DNA of 37,402 nt from a virus (IMGVR_UViG_3300032189_000003:1-37402); one strand, 5' to 3'. Positions 27,021 to 35,840 are shown, numbered from the stretch's first letter. The notes: generated by a model from the sequence alone, not told the origin. Program-made: numbers and translations.

Positions 27021-28730
27021 ATGCTGCTGAACGGCATGCCGCTGAACGTCGGCCCGTTGAACGGCCTAGGTGGCTCTGGCGACGCGGTCGGGCCTATAGA
27101 GATCCTACCTGGGATGGCATTCGCTTGGCGTCTGAGGCTGGTGGTGAACGGTGACGATTGGACCGCTCGTCTTGTAGGTGCCGTCGAGATCGACCGCGAG
27201 GAGGGATCTGCTGGTACAGCCAGCTTCACGCTATACCTTGGCACCGATCCAGTTTCGCCATCTGCATGGTTAGGCCGGCCCGTCGAGATTCACTATGCCT
27301 CCACCTATGACGGCCTTTCTACCGAGATAGTTAGGTTCATAGGGCGAATCGCCGAGCCAACCTTTGATGCCGTGGGTAGAACGCTAACTGCTCGCTGCTC
27401 CGACCAGTTGCAGCAGCGTATCGAAGCTTTGGATATTACTCAGATAGATAGCCTGATCGGTGGGCATTGGTCTTCAGATGTGTTTGAGCCAGTTGACGGT
27501 AGATCCCGCTGGGATTATGCGCAAGAGCGCCTCACGACCGTTACGGCCAGCCTAGACTCCTCTCCAGGCGGAGATATCCGGCTGTCAAGCTGGTACCCGC
27601 GTCAGGCCGACTTTCTGTTCGGCTCCGGCACCTCTGTCTATGGCACTGCACGGATAGAGCCAGCGGCACTCGACTCGCAAGTCAATAGGGTCGAGATCGA
27701 ATGTGACTACCGATTCAGTCGGCTGTGGCAATGGAATATCAACTATGGATGGAAGGCGCCAGGTACGGACGGGCAGGACGGGGAGCCAGGATTTTGCAAT
27801 TGGCGTCCGGAGTCGCACGAACTCCCGGATACGGAAATGGTTGAGTCGGCAACCAGCAGCTCAGGGCAAACGTTGATCCAATCGTCGACTGAATACTATC
27901 CGCTGCCACCCACTGGCATTTACTGCACGCCTCCGCAAAGTTGGGTCAACAAGTACACGGGGCTGTTGCTAGGCGCCGACTGGGCCGCAGGGCGTCGCTG
28001 GGTGCAAGCGGTTACGGAGTCATACCGAATAGCGGTAGAGGTACAACCTAGCGTTCTGGCGACCGGACCAATCATCAGCCGCTCCCGGGCATCGTTTGAG
28101 ATTGATAGCGATCTCGCCGAGTCTTGGGAGAGTGCTGCTATTACCGGGGGGAGTTCTGGACACATTGATCAGCCCAGCGAGACGCGCAGGATTGGCGCGC
28201 TGACATGTCTGCTTGAGCAGGCTCGAGCTACTCTCGTCGGCGCTCACAGGGGCACGACAGTGAGTTGGGACTGCCCTACATCCATGGTCATGGCGGTCGA
28301 TTTGACGCACACCCTCAAATTCGATGATCAGCGAATCAAGGCTGTAGGGAAGTGTCGCCGTGTGCTTGATCGCTTTGACCTTGAGAGTGGTTCCGCGATA
28401 ACCACCCTGAGTATTGCTGTGATGCGCGGTGGCGGAGGAGATTCCGACGCCCTCACTCCTCCTAGTGGCTCTGGGGCTGCCCCCGAACTACCAGCCTTCG
28501 ATGGGCGCCTAGAGTCGCAAATCGCTGGTCAACCGGATGACCCTCCTTTCGATGAATCGAAAGATGGGTTTTCCGGTAACTACGACAACTACAACAGTCC
28601 GCAGCCTCGGTATCCGAGGCAACTACGCATAACTGCTCCCGAGATACCCGCCTCGCTCCGCGATGAATATTCGCCGGAGATCGGTGCGTCCTTCCGCGTC
28701 TCGGTTCCTGATGATTTGCTGGAGATGTAG
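27021..28730 (+). CDS. Tail tip / baseplate hub protein
   Basis: Large ORF in tail operon, beta-rich; synteny only. Confidence 0.65.
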   Translation: MLLNGMPLNVGPLNGLGGSGDAVGPIEILPGMAFAWRLRLVVNGDDWTARLVGAVEIDREEGSAGTASFTLYLGTDPVSPSAWLGRPVEIHYASTYDGLSTEIVRFIGRIAEPTFDAVGRTLTARCSDQLQQRIEALDITQIDSLIGGHWSSDVFEPVDGRSRWDYAQERLTTVTASLDSSPGGDIRLSSWYPRQADFLFGSGTSVYGTARIEPAALDSQVNRVEIECDYRFSRLWQWNINYGWKAPGTDGQDGEPGFCNWRPESHELPDTEMVESATSSSGQTLIQSSTEYYPLPPTGIYCTPPQSWVNKYTGLLLGADWAAGRRWVQAVTESYRIAVEVQPSVLATGPIISRSRASFEIDSDLAESWESAAITGGSSGHIDQPSETRRIGALTCLLEQARATLVGAHRGTTVSWDCPTSMVMAVDLTHTLKFDDQRIKAVGKCRRVLDRFDLESGSAITTLSIAVMRGGGGDSDALTPPSGSGAAPELPAFDGRLESQIAGQPDDPPFDESKDGFSGNYDNYNSPQPRYPRQLRITAPEIPASLRDEYSPEIGASFRVSVPDDLLEM

Positions 28731-28732
28731 CC

Positions 28733-29476
28733 ATGGGCCAACGCTGGATCAATAACTGGCAGACAGAACTCTCAGGCCCGCTGTCGACGGGTGGGCTCTC
28801 TCTCACCATCCCCGCTCCCGCGGCTGATCTTCTGCCCATCTCGGGTCCCTCTGATTTCGTCCTGCTCACTCTTGCCGATGAGTCAGGCTCTGTTCACGAA
28901 GTGGTCAAGGCGACGGCAAAGAGCGGCGGGAATGTCACTGTTGCGAGAGCCTCTGAGGGTGTGGCCGTTGAGTGGCCTTCGGGCTCGAAGGTGTACGCGG
29001 CGGCGACGGCGGGAACTCTCGCCAGCATCGAGAGCCGAATCACCATCCTCGAGCAGGCTGGTCCTGGGCCTGGTGGCGGCACGTTCAAGGCGCAGGAGAT
29101 CAACGACTCGACTCCGGTAGTCCTCGCCTCGGATACAACGATCGTACGCGTATCCGCATCGTTTGATGGTAGTGGTCGCGAATTGGTTATACCTCTACCT
29201 GAAGAAGCCGAGGGTCGTTCTCTCTTTGCAGTCTTTGACCTGGACGTGGTTGTGCAGCCAGCCGCCGATGGTGTTGTCGTACTGAGTAGCGCTGCCAGTG
29301 GCGGGGTCCAGTTGTGGGGGCTCGTTGGTGCCGAGTCTTGGCTCTCTGTATCTGAGAACAACTCTCGCATCGAGTTTGTATCAACCTCAGGACAGAAGGC
29401 CTGTTTCTTCAAGGCGCTTGTGTACAACACTGGTGCTACCTACCTCTACTTGCTTGCATCTGGTGATTTCCAATGA
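28733..29476 (+). CDS. Tail-associated protein (247 aa)
   Basis: INNWQTEL...EVVKAT...TVARASEG...WPSGS N-terminal virion module. Confidence 0.6.
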   Translation: MGQRWINNWQTELSGPLSTGGLSLTIPAPAADLLPISGPSDFVLLTLADESGSVHEVVKATAKSGGNVTVARASEGVAVEWPSGSKVYAAATAGTLASIESRITILEQAGPGPGGGTFKAQEINDSTPVVLASDTTIVRVSASFDGSGRELVIPLPEEAEGRSLFAVFDLDVVVQPAADGVVVLSSAASGGVQLWGLVGAESWLSVSENNSRIEFVSTSGQKACFFKALVYNTGATYLYLLASGDFQ

Positions 29477-29847
29477 CCCCGGAACAAGAACGGCGAGCAA
29501 TCGGCGCGCGTTTAGAGGCTGAGCGGCGCGGTACTGACCGCTCGATTGCGGATGCACTGACCCGGATTATTCGTCCGGAAACACAGAGCCGTCCGCTCCG
29601 CAGGATAGATCCACGCGGGGCAGTAGCAGCGCGTCGGGGGACCGCCAACTACAACGGAGAGGGAAAACAGGTCGGAGGGGGCGGCGTATCTTGGCCTCTC
29701 TCCGAGACGGATAAGGCAAAGCGAACCACGGCCGATGAGCTGGTTTCGACAACTGACGGGTTAGTTGTTGTTGTGTTTAAACGTGTTACAGGCTTCGAGA
29801 TGCAAGATGGAGGCGGTAACATCGGAAAGTTGGAGTTCAAGGAATGA
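29473..29847 (+). CDS. Tail-associated hypothetical protein (124 aa)
   Basis: ATGA coupling on both sides. Confidence 0.65.
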   Translation: MTPEQERRAIGARLEAERRGTDRSIADALTRIIRPETQSRPLRRIDPRGAVAARRGTANYNGEGKQVGGGGVSWPLSETDKAKRTTADELVSTTDGLVVVVFKRVTGFEMQDGGGNIGKLEFKE

Positions 29848-31487
29848 ACCAAGTGATGCCGTGGGACGGCGAAGTCATGCAAATGGGATGGCCCTGGCAT
29901 GGGAAAATCTACCAACTGCCCAATACTGAGCAGGGGGCGGTACATCTGCCGAACGGAGAAATGAAACCGGCTCGCGCATGGTCAATCAATTACACGCTCA
30001 ATCATACTCATCTCGTCGATATGGGGCTTCCATCTCAACCGGATGAGTTCATTGAGTCTCAAGGCGGGAGTTGGTGGGGAAGAGCCATTCTCCGCGGTGG
30101 CGGATACTGGCCGCAGCTATACTATGGAGGTGGTATCTCGGCTGGCAGCGGCGCGGAATATAGCGAGGTTCCCTTTATCGGCACCCCCATCTGGTGGCTT
30201 TCGGACGAGGCTCCGCGCCGGCCAAGCTACGCTATCTATGATCTAAGGGACGAGGCAGGTACACCGCAGTTTCGCCTATGGGTTGGAAATGACCTCAACA
30301 CCATGGCCACGCTCGACTTGGGTGCAGATTTAATTGGTCAGGGAGAAGAACAACCAGCATGCGCTGTCAGGGCAAAAGATGTTTCATTTGACGGCTGGCA
30401 ACTGACGAACAAAGTTGTGTTGAGCGAGCTATCAATGCTTGGGGTCTATCAAAATCGTCTCCTTTTCGGTGTTTACGTTCGAACTACCGATTTGTCACCA
30501 ATTGAGCAACCGCCTGGAACATCGTGGATTAGTGGCTCATCGAATTCCGGTGCTCCCGTGGGCTTCTATGGATTGATTGAAATCACTGTCTCTCCGTCGA
30601 TACGAGATCCTGATGCGGATCGATCCAAGGTGCTGACAATGACCGTCATTGAGACGCGCGGTCAAGCGATGGGAAGCCCTGCTCACGTGCATATCGATGA
30701 GTCCAGCCTTCCTGAGGACCCTGTTGTGACGGCGAGTTATCGTGACGAGTGGACTCAGACCTCGGCATTGATCACAGCGTGGTATGACGCACAGGGAAAT
30801 GTTCGGTCGGCTAGATATAACCGTCAACATTATGGTACGAGGACTTACCGATATGAGCAGGATGTTGAGCACAGCAGAATGGAGCGCGCCAGCGTTCTTG
30901 AACTCATAACGGACTCTGGACAAGTTGCAGATCATATTGAGCTGAAGGAGATATTGGAGGCGCAGGCCTCGCCCGATACTGGGTTCTCTGTGACTCGAAC
31001 GATTCAATGCACTGGCGAATCGGATGATGTGACGAGTTTCTTGCAGGCCGATCGATATCGCGGCGTAAAGCTTGATGCGCCGGCAACATTCCCTCCAGGC
31101 CTGCACGTCTGCAATACCGTGGTGAGTTATGAGTGGTTTGACGACAACGGGGAGAACCTACTTGATTACCAAGATCAGCATCAGATTTGGATTGTGGCGC
31201 TTAGCAACAATAGCGCCGCGCTGTGCCGCGTTCGCGAACCCTACGACTACCCTGAAGGACAATCCACGACGACCGTGACGGTACGGCAGGGGGCGGCCGT
31301 GCGTATTGGCGGCATTACGTCTGGAGCGATCACTGGCATCATCACCAAGGAGAAGGAGGTGCACCGGTACCTTCGCGGTTTCTTCTGGTCTCCTGCCGAT
31401 CGCTGGATACGTGGTAGCTGCAACCCTATTACAGGCGAGCTCTCACGGGGGGAAGAATGCCTGCAATACTGGACAAGCTGGGTATAG
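29844..31487 (+). CDS. Tail tip protein, possible receptor-binding protein (547 aa)
   Basis: MGWPWHG N-terminus, AT-richer central region, end of tail-tip module. Confidence 0.55.
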   Translation: MNQVMPWDGEVMQMGWPWHGKIYQLPNTEQGAVHLPNGEMKPARAWSINYTLNHTHLVDMGLPSQPDEFIESQGGSWWGRAILRGGGYWPQLYYGGGISAGSGAEYSEVPFIGTPIWWLSDEAPRRPSYAIYDLRDEAGTPQFRLWVGNDLNTMATLDLGADLIGQGEEQPACAVRAKDVSFDGWQLTNKVVLSELSMLGVYQNRLLFGVYVRTTDLSPIEQPPGTSWISGSSNSGAPVGFYGLIEITVSPSIRDPDADRSKVLTMTVIETRGQAMGSPAHVHIDESSLPEDPVVTASYRDEWTQTSALITAWYDAQGNVRSARYNRQHYGTRTYRYEQDVEHSRMERASVLELITDSGQVADHIELKEILEAQASPDTGFSVTRTIQCTGESDDVTSFLQADRYRGVKLDAPATFPPGLHVCNTVVSYEWFDDNGENLLDYQDQHQIWIVALSNNSAALCRVREPYDYPEGQSTTTVTVRQGAAVRIGGITSGAITGIITKEKEVHRYLRGFFWSPADRWIRGSCNPITGELSRGEECLQYWTSWV

Positions 31488-31590
31488 ATATTCGCTGATA
31501 TCCAGCATTTCCAGAACCTGCTGCACGACCTGATTCTGTACCTGGCACGCCGATGCTAGAGTGCGAGTCAGTTCAAATAGGAGAGCTGCT

Positions 31591-32130
31591 ATGAAACGGA
31601 TGTTCCCCGTTCTTGCACTGGTTTTTGCTACTGGCTCTGCTGAGGCCGCCAGTGTCTTCAAATGCGTTGGTCCGGATGGAACGGTCACGTTTACTCAGCA
31701 GACATGCCCTGAAAACCAATCGCTCGAGGCTGTAGTCTCAGCTCATAACCCTCGCCCAAGCGGTTCGGGTGACTCTGCGGTCATGGCCAAGCCCAGGCAT
31801 TCGGCAGACCGAATTTATCGGGATGGCAGTCAAGGCGCTGGCTCTTCTGCCGGTGGCGTGACCGTCGTTGGAGGGTCGTCGCCAAGCCCTACCTGTTCCA
31901 CGGGATTGTCTGAGCGAGACCTCCGTAAAGCCAGGGTCCAGGGCAAGGTAGTTCCCGGCATGTCCAGAGAAGAGGTGGAAAGCATTTATGGGAAGGCGAA
32001 CCGGAATGGCAGCACTGCTGGTGCCGGGGCCGTTACCTACTGGAATGACAAGTACATCGATCAGACCACGGTTTCTTTCGACCGAAACGGTTGCGTTCAA
32101 GGCTCATACCAGTCGGGCCACAAAAACTGA
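31591..32130 (+). CDS. Secreted DUF4124-domain protein (moron)
   Basis: Signal peptide MKRMFPVLALVFATGSAEA, VFKCVGPDGTVTFTQQTCP, C-terminal GMSREEVESIYG (BamE/SmpA-like); AGGAG RBS. Confidence 0.8.
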   Translation: MKRMFPVLALVFATGSAEAASVFKCVGPDGTVTFTQQTCPENQSLEAVVSAHNPRPSGSGDSAVMAKPRHSADRIYRDGSQGAGSSAGGVTVVGGSSPSPTCSTGLSERDLRKARVQGKVVPGMSREEVESIYGKANRNGSTAGAGAVTYWNDKYIDQTTVSFDRNGCVQGSYQSGHKN

Positions 32131-32146
32131 TCCACCGTCGTCAATC

Positions 32147-32173
32147 ACCCCGCTCCGGCGGGGTTTTTATTTT
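32147..32173 (+). terminator. Rho-independent terminator
   Basis: ACCCCGC-TCCG-GCGGGGT-TTTTATTTT. Confidence 0.8.
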
Positions 32174-32186
32174 GGAGCCCTCAATC

Positions 32187-32774
32187 ATGAAGCCTGCCTG
32201 CGTGCCCCTGCGCATTGAGAAAGGGGCGACGTTCCGCGACGCGCTGCGGATCATGCAGCCGATACTTGTGTACAGGCCGATCACGCAGATCGCACCGACC
32301 GCGCCTGTCCGGCTGACCATCCCTGGGCACGGGTTGCCTGGCACGTGGCTGGCCTGGGCTGATGGTGTCCAGGGCATGCCCGAACTGAACCGCGCTCGAC
32401 TTCGGCAATTGCCTCACCGTGTCGCGTCCATCGACGACGACACGATCGAGATCAACCTGCTGTCAGCCGTTGGGCTGGCGCCTGTTGGCGGACAGTTGAT
32501 CTACCAGCCACCTGTTGACCTGGCTGGCGCCGAGGTACGAATGCAGATCCGCGAAGCGCCAGGCGGGACTGTGCTGATGACGCTGGCGCTCGGCTCTGGC
32601 CTGGATCTCGCCGGCGCCGGAACGATCTCGCGGGAGATATCGGCCTCCGCTACCTCGGAGCTGATGTGGTCGTCGGCGGTCTACGACCTGGACGTGACAT
32701 ACCCGGATGGAACGGTCCACCGCTATTACAGCGGGCCGATCAGTGTGAGCCATGGGGGAGGGTGCGATGGATGA
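32187..32774 (+). CDS. Virion structural protein (BppU-like Ig fold, 195 aa)
   Basis: IEKGATF...PVDLAGAEVRMQIR...AVYDLDV; GGAG RBS. Confidence 0.65.
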   Translation: MKPACVPLRIEKGATFRDALRIMQPILVYRPITQIAPTAPVRLTIPGHGLPGTWLAWADGVQGMPELNRARLRQLPHRVASIDDDTIEINLLSAVGLAPVGGQLIYQPPVDLAGAEVRMQIREAPGGTVLMTLALGSGLDLAGAGTISREISASATSELMWSSAVYDLDVTYPDGTVHRYYSGPISVSHGGGCDG

Positions 32775-32958
32775 CGCCGCGGAGCCCTGGGCGCTGGCGA
32801 TCGAGGTTGATTGCGAGCCGCTTGTGCTCAGCGAAATGCAGGAATACGCAGTCACCGTGACGCCGCCGGCCGATGTGCTTGTGGTTGTTGCGGGTGACCA
32901 AGGGCCTCCCGGGAGGGATGGCGTAGACGGTGCCCAATGGGGCGCGACTGATTGGTGA
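32767..32958 (+). CDS. Small protein with short collagen-like tract
   Basis: GDQGPPGRDGVDGAQ. Confidence 0.6.
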   Translation: MDDAAEPWALAIEVDCEPLVLSEMQEYAVTVTPPADVLVVVAGDQGPPGRDGVDGAQWGATDW

Positions 32959-32962
32959 TGAA

Positions 32963-33523
32963 ATGGCCCAGATTCGATTTTTCAAAGTGGCGACCCTGCC
33001 GGGTACGCTGGAACCCGATTCGTTCTACTTCGTCGAGAATGGCAGCTACTCGGAGTCCTACCTGACGAACAGCGCCGGCGTGGCACGCTCGATCGGCAAC
33101 AGCGTGATGATCAACGCGCTGATCAACGAGGCGCTGGCAAGCCTGCCAGGAACCGGCGCGCCGATCCTGTTCGTTGCGGATATCGCTGCACGCGACGCCC
33201 TGGAGCCGGAGGGAGCCATTTTCGTCCTGGTTCAGGATGCGAGCGCGGACCCGACAGTCGAATCCGGCGCTGCGCTGTACGCATGGAACCCGGCGACCAG
33301 CGCGTGGCTGAAGGTGGCCGAGTATGAGTCGATGGACGTCGAGCTCAACTGGGACGCGATCAACGGGCGCCCGACGTCGACGCCAGCGCAGATCGACACC
33401 GCCGTTTCTCTGGCGCACACGCACGCGAACAAGTCGACGCTCGACGAGTTCAGCGAGGACGGCGGCCTGGTTCGATTCGGCGGGCAGCCTATTCCGGCTG
33501 AGTGGAACGGGGCGGCCTGGTAA
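32963..33523 (+). CDS. Tail fibre-associated protein (186 aa)
   Basis: FKVATLPGTLEPDSFYFV...VADIAARDAL...HTHANKSTLD. Confidence 0.65.
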   Translation: MAQIRFFKVATLPGTLEPDSFYFVENGSYSESYLTNSAGVARSIGNSVMINALINEALASLPGTGAPILFVADIAARDALEPEGAIFVLVQDASADPTVESGAALYAWNPATSAWLKVAEYESMDVELNWDAINGRPTSTPAQIDTAVSLAHTHANKSTLDEFSEDGGLVRFGGQPIPAEWNGAAW

Positions 33524-33804
33524 TGGCCGTGCTCCAGACCCATAAAGTCGTGGCGCAACTCCCCGCGTCGCTGGAGCCGAACGCGATCTACTTCGTCCGG
33601 CGCAGCACCGGCTACGACCAGTTCGTCACCAACGGCGCGGGCGTGGTAGTGGCCTATCCGATGAACGTGCGTATCCCCGCGGCCGTTCCTGGGTATCTCG
33701 CCGATGGCTCCATACTGCGGCTCACAATGAACCCTGACGGCCAACTGCCGGCGTACACTGCCGGCGGCGCAACTCTCAACCTGCAGGTGCTTTTCAATGG
33801 CTGA
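33523..33804 (+). CDS. Tail fibre-associated protein (93 aa), N-terminus paralogous to previous gene
   Basis: HKVVAQLPASLEPNAIYFV vs FKVATLPGTLEPDSFYFV. Confidence 0.65.
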   Translation: MAVLQTHKVVAQLPASLEPNAIYFVRRSTGYDQFVTNGAGVVVAYPMNVRIPAAVPGYLADGSILRLTMNPDGQLPAYTAGGATLNLQVLFNG

Positions 33805-34660
33805 TGTACGCCCGACGAAACTCCAGGCCGACGGAAACGGCTACGGCAGTCTCCGCGAGTTCGCCGACGGTGACACTGTGCCGGTAGCGCTTGGCGGCAC
33901 CGGCGCTGCAACCGCCGCCGGCGCTCGAGCATCTCTTTCGGCTCTGGGAAATGACGACTACCCGAACATGCCGTTTATGAACGTGATGCCCGACGCCGGA
34001 CGCTATGCAGGTCTGGTCAACCCGCTCGCTACGACGTTCACCTCCGCTTATTCAAACAGCGCATTCAGTTCTGGATGGAATGGCGCAACGTTTACCGACG
34101 GCGGAAAGTTCACGTTCAACAACAGCACGAACGGCGGTAGTGCTGCCGCCCTTAATCAGCGAGTACAGGATCTGATGGCGGCGATGGGCCGCGTCGGAAA
34201 CTCCGCACGGTATGGTGTCGAGTTTTTCGCATCTCTGATGACAGCCGGAACACAGACAACAACAGGTTCGGCGGGAGCCGACGGTGCGATCCGCTATCTG
34301 GCGATGACCAATAACAACCGAGCGATATTCTGTTCGAACAGATGGGGCACGGCTGCCGCATGGGTGCGCGTTGAGAGCGGCACTATGCATGTTGGCCCCA
34401 CTGGTGCGCCTGCGATCTTCCTCTGGGTCAATGGCGTTAAGCAGTCGCCTGGCTACGTCATCATCCCGGCCATGGGCTGGGTGCATATACGCGTAGCGAT
34501 TCAAGAGGGTCTCGGCTACAACAACGGATTCCCCTACTTCTATACCACCACCAGCGCAGTTGTAGCGATGGCGTGCCCCGCCTGGTTCAGCGGCCTCGTA
34601 GACACTGGAATCCACTCTGCGCCAATCCTAACGATCAACTCTGCGAGTTCAGCGACATGA
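33797..34660 (+). CDS. Tail fibre / receptor-binding protein
   Basis: PVALGGTGAATAAGARASL fibre motif then beta-rich variable C-terminus. Confidence 0.75.
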   Translation: MADVRPTKLQADGNGYGSLREFADGDTVPVALGGTGAATAAGARASLSALGNDDYPNMPFMNVMPDAGRYAGLVNPLATTFTSAYSNSAFSSGWNGATFTDGGKFTFNNSTNGGSAAALNQRVQDLMAAMGRVGNSARYGVEFFASLMTAGTQTTTGSAGADGAIRYLAMTNNNRAIFCSNRWGTAAAWVRVESGTMHVGPTGAPAIFLWVNGVKQSPGYVIIPAMGWVHIRVAIQEGLGYNNGFPYFYTTTSAVVAMACPAWFSGLVDTGIHSAPILTINSASSAT

Positions 34661-34941
34661 GCAAACGACTGCTTCTTGATGGCGTTTTCTTTTCTGAAAA
34701 CTGGAGCGGCACCCTGGACGCCGCGGCGGCGCTTGCAGGCGTCGACGTGTCCCGTCTTGCATTTCACCCGGTCGACCAACTAGAAGAAGTTCGCGAACTG
34801 CGAAGAGAGGCGTATCGACGAGAGTCGGACCCAATCCGACTTGAGGAGGAGTTTGACGCTCGCCGTGCTGGTCGTGCGCCGGACTACTCGGCGTATGACG
34901 CCAAGGTCGAGGAGATCAAGGCGCGCTTCCCGCTGCCGTAG
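34657..34941 (+). CDS. Tail fibre assembly chaperone
   Basis: RREAYRRESDP...KVEEIKARFPLP motif; ATGA overlap. Confidence 0.75.
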   Translation: MSKRLLLDGVFFSENWSGTLDAAAALAGVDVSRLAFHPVDQLEEVRELRREAYRRESDPIRLEEEFDARRAGRAPDYSAYDAKVEEIKARFPLP

Positions 34942-34944
34942 TCT

Positions 34945-35472
34945 CTATTGGTCCTTGGCACACTGTGCTTTTGTCGGGTCTTTTTCTTCGCAGAACCAGC
35001 CTGTCGGCTTAAAGGACACTCGCCATAGTGCTTCGGACTCGCTCTTGCCACCGTAGAACCCTGACAGGTAGAAGCCTCCCTGCGGAGCAGGCACGTCCGC
35101 GATGGAGCCATTGGAGAGGAATCTGACACAGCCTGAGTTTAGCCTTGACTGCCAGGGGCCAACAGGATGCACCTCTTTGTAGCTAGTTTCCCGATACAGA
35201 ACGGCATTCTTTTTTACGTCGCGAACGAGATAGCCCTCACCCCATCCGCCGCTCTCTCCGCATAGATCAACGTTGGCCATGTTTGCCAGCGCGTATGAGC
35301 GCGCGTATACCAAAACTTTGACGAATCCATCCTTTCCGCCCAGGTTCCGATTCTTGTCCGCCAGTGTCGCCCACGAACTTACTCCCCACGCAATTACGGT
35401 TGCTGCGATAACCAGCACGAACAGAAGCTCTACAAGCGTGACGCCACGCTGAGCTTGATTTATGCGAATCAT
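34945..35472 (-). CDS. Prophage-encoded FimU/FimT/GspH-like type IV minor pilin
   Basis: Class III signal QRG|VTLVELLFVLVIAATVIAWGV with E5; YARSYA, WGEG, RFLSNG motifs; C-terminal Cys pair; AAGGAG RBS. Confidence 0.88.
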   Translation of the reverse strand: MIRINQAQRGVTLVELLFVLVIAATVIAWGVSSWATLADKNRNLGGKDGFVKVLVYARSYALANMANVDLCGESGGWGEGYLVRDVKKNAVLYRETSYKEVHPVGPWQSRLNSGCVRFLSNGSIADVPAPQGGFYLSGFYGGKSESEALWRVSFKPTGWFCEEKDPTKAQCAKDQ

Positions 35473-35697
35473 GGAAATCTCCTTTTCTGGGTTGACTTTA
35501 GCATTCCTGGGTTGCTGTCAGATAAGCCCTTAGTCGTGATGAGTCTCCAGTCACATTCCGTGTCTGTTGGGGGTATCTTTTGTGGTCGCGAACTGTTGAT
35601 GTGACGGATGTCTGAAGCCGTACGCTACTTGCCGAGCGCTGGCAGAGGATCGGTTATGAGGCCCAGTTGCTGGCCGCGAACCAGGCGTGCAAATAGC

Positions 35698-35722
35698 AAA
35701 AGGCCCGCCGGGGCGGGCCTTT
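35698..35722 (-). terminator. Rho-independent terminator closing acr / repeat-RNA transcript
   Basis: AAAGGCCCGCC-CC-GGCGGGCCTTTT on minus strand. Confidence 0.8.
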
Positions 35723-35724
35723 CT

Positions 35725-35789
35725 CTGCCTATTCGGCAGTTAGTGCATCACAAGAAGCATTATTTCTTAGCTGCCTATGCGGCAGTAAC
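35725..35789 (-). CRISPR. Type I-F CRISPR repeat-derived mini-array (two Cas6f hairpins, truncated spacer); crRNA mimic / Racr candidate
   Basis: Minus strand GTTACTGCCGCATAGGCAG CTAAGAAA TAATGCTTCTTGTGATGCACTAA CTGCCGAATAGGCAG vs canonical I-F repeat GTTCACTGCCGTATAGGCAGCTAAGAAA; no cas genes in window. Confidence 0.85.
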
Positions 35790-35810
35790 GACTTCATGAG
35801 ACGCGCAATG

Positions 35811-35839
35811 ATCAGAGCATTTATCGCAGGCGCTGTCAA
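35811..35839 (-). promoter_or_regulatory. Putative promoter for the repeat RNA
   Basis: TTGACA(35839-35834)-17 bp-TCTGAT(35816-35811) with TG extension. Confidence 0.45.
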
Positions 35840-35840
35840 A

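Noticed and set aside
31543-31556. Sigma54 promoter TGGCAC...TGC before the DUF4124 gene
   Set aside because: GG-to-GC spacing is 9 bp rather than the required 10.
35725-35789. A genuine adaptive CRISPR array or cas locus
   Set aside because: Only two repeats, sub-length spacer, second repeat lacks its handle, no leader and no cas genes in the window.
35608-35799. 63-aa plus-strand ORF
   Set aside because: Overlaps the terminator and repeat hairpins, no clear RBS; better explained as non-coding.
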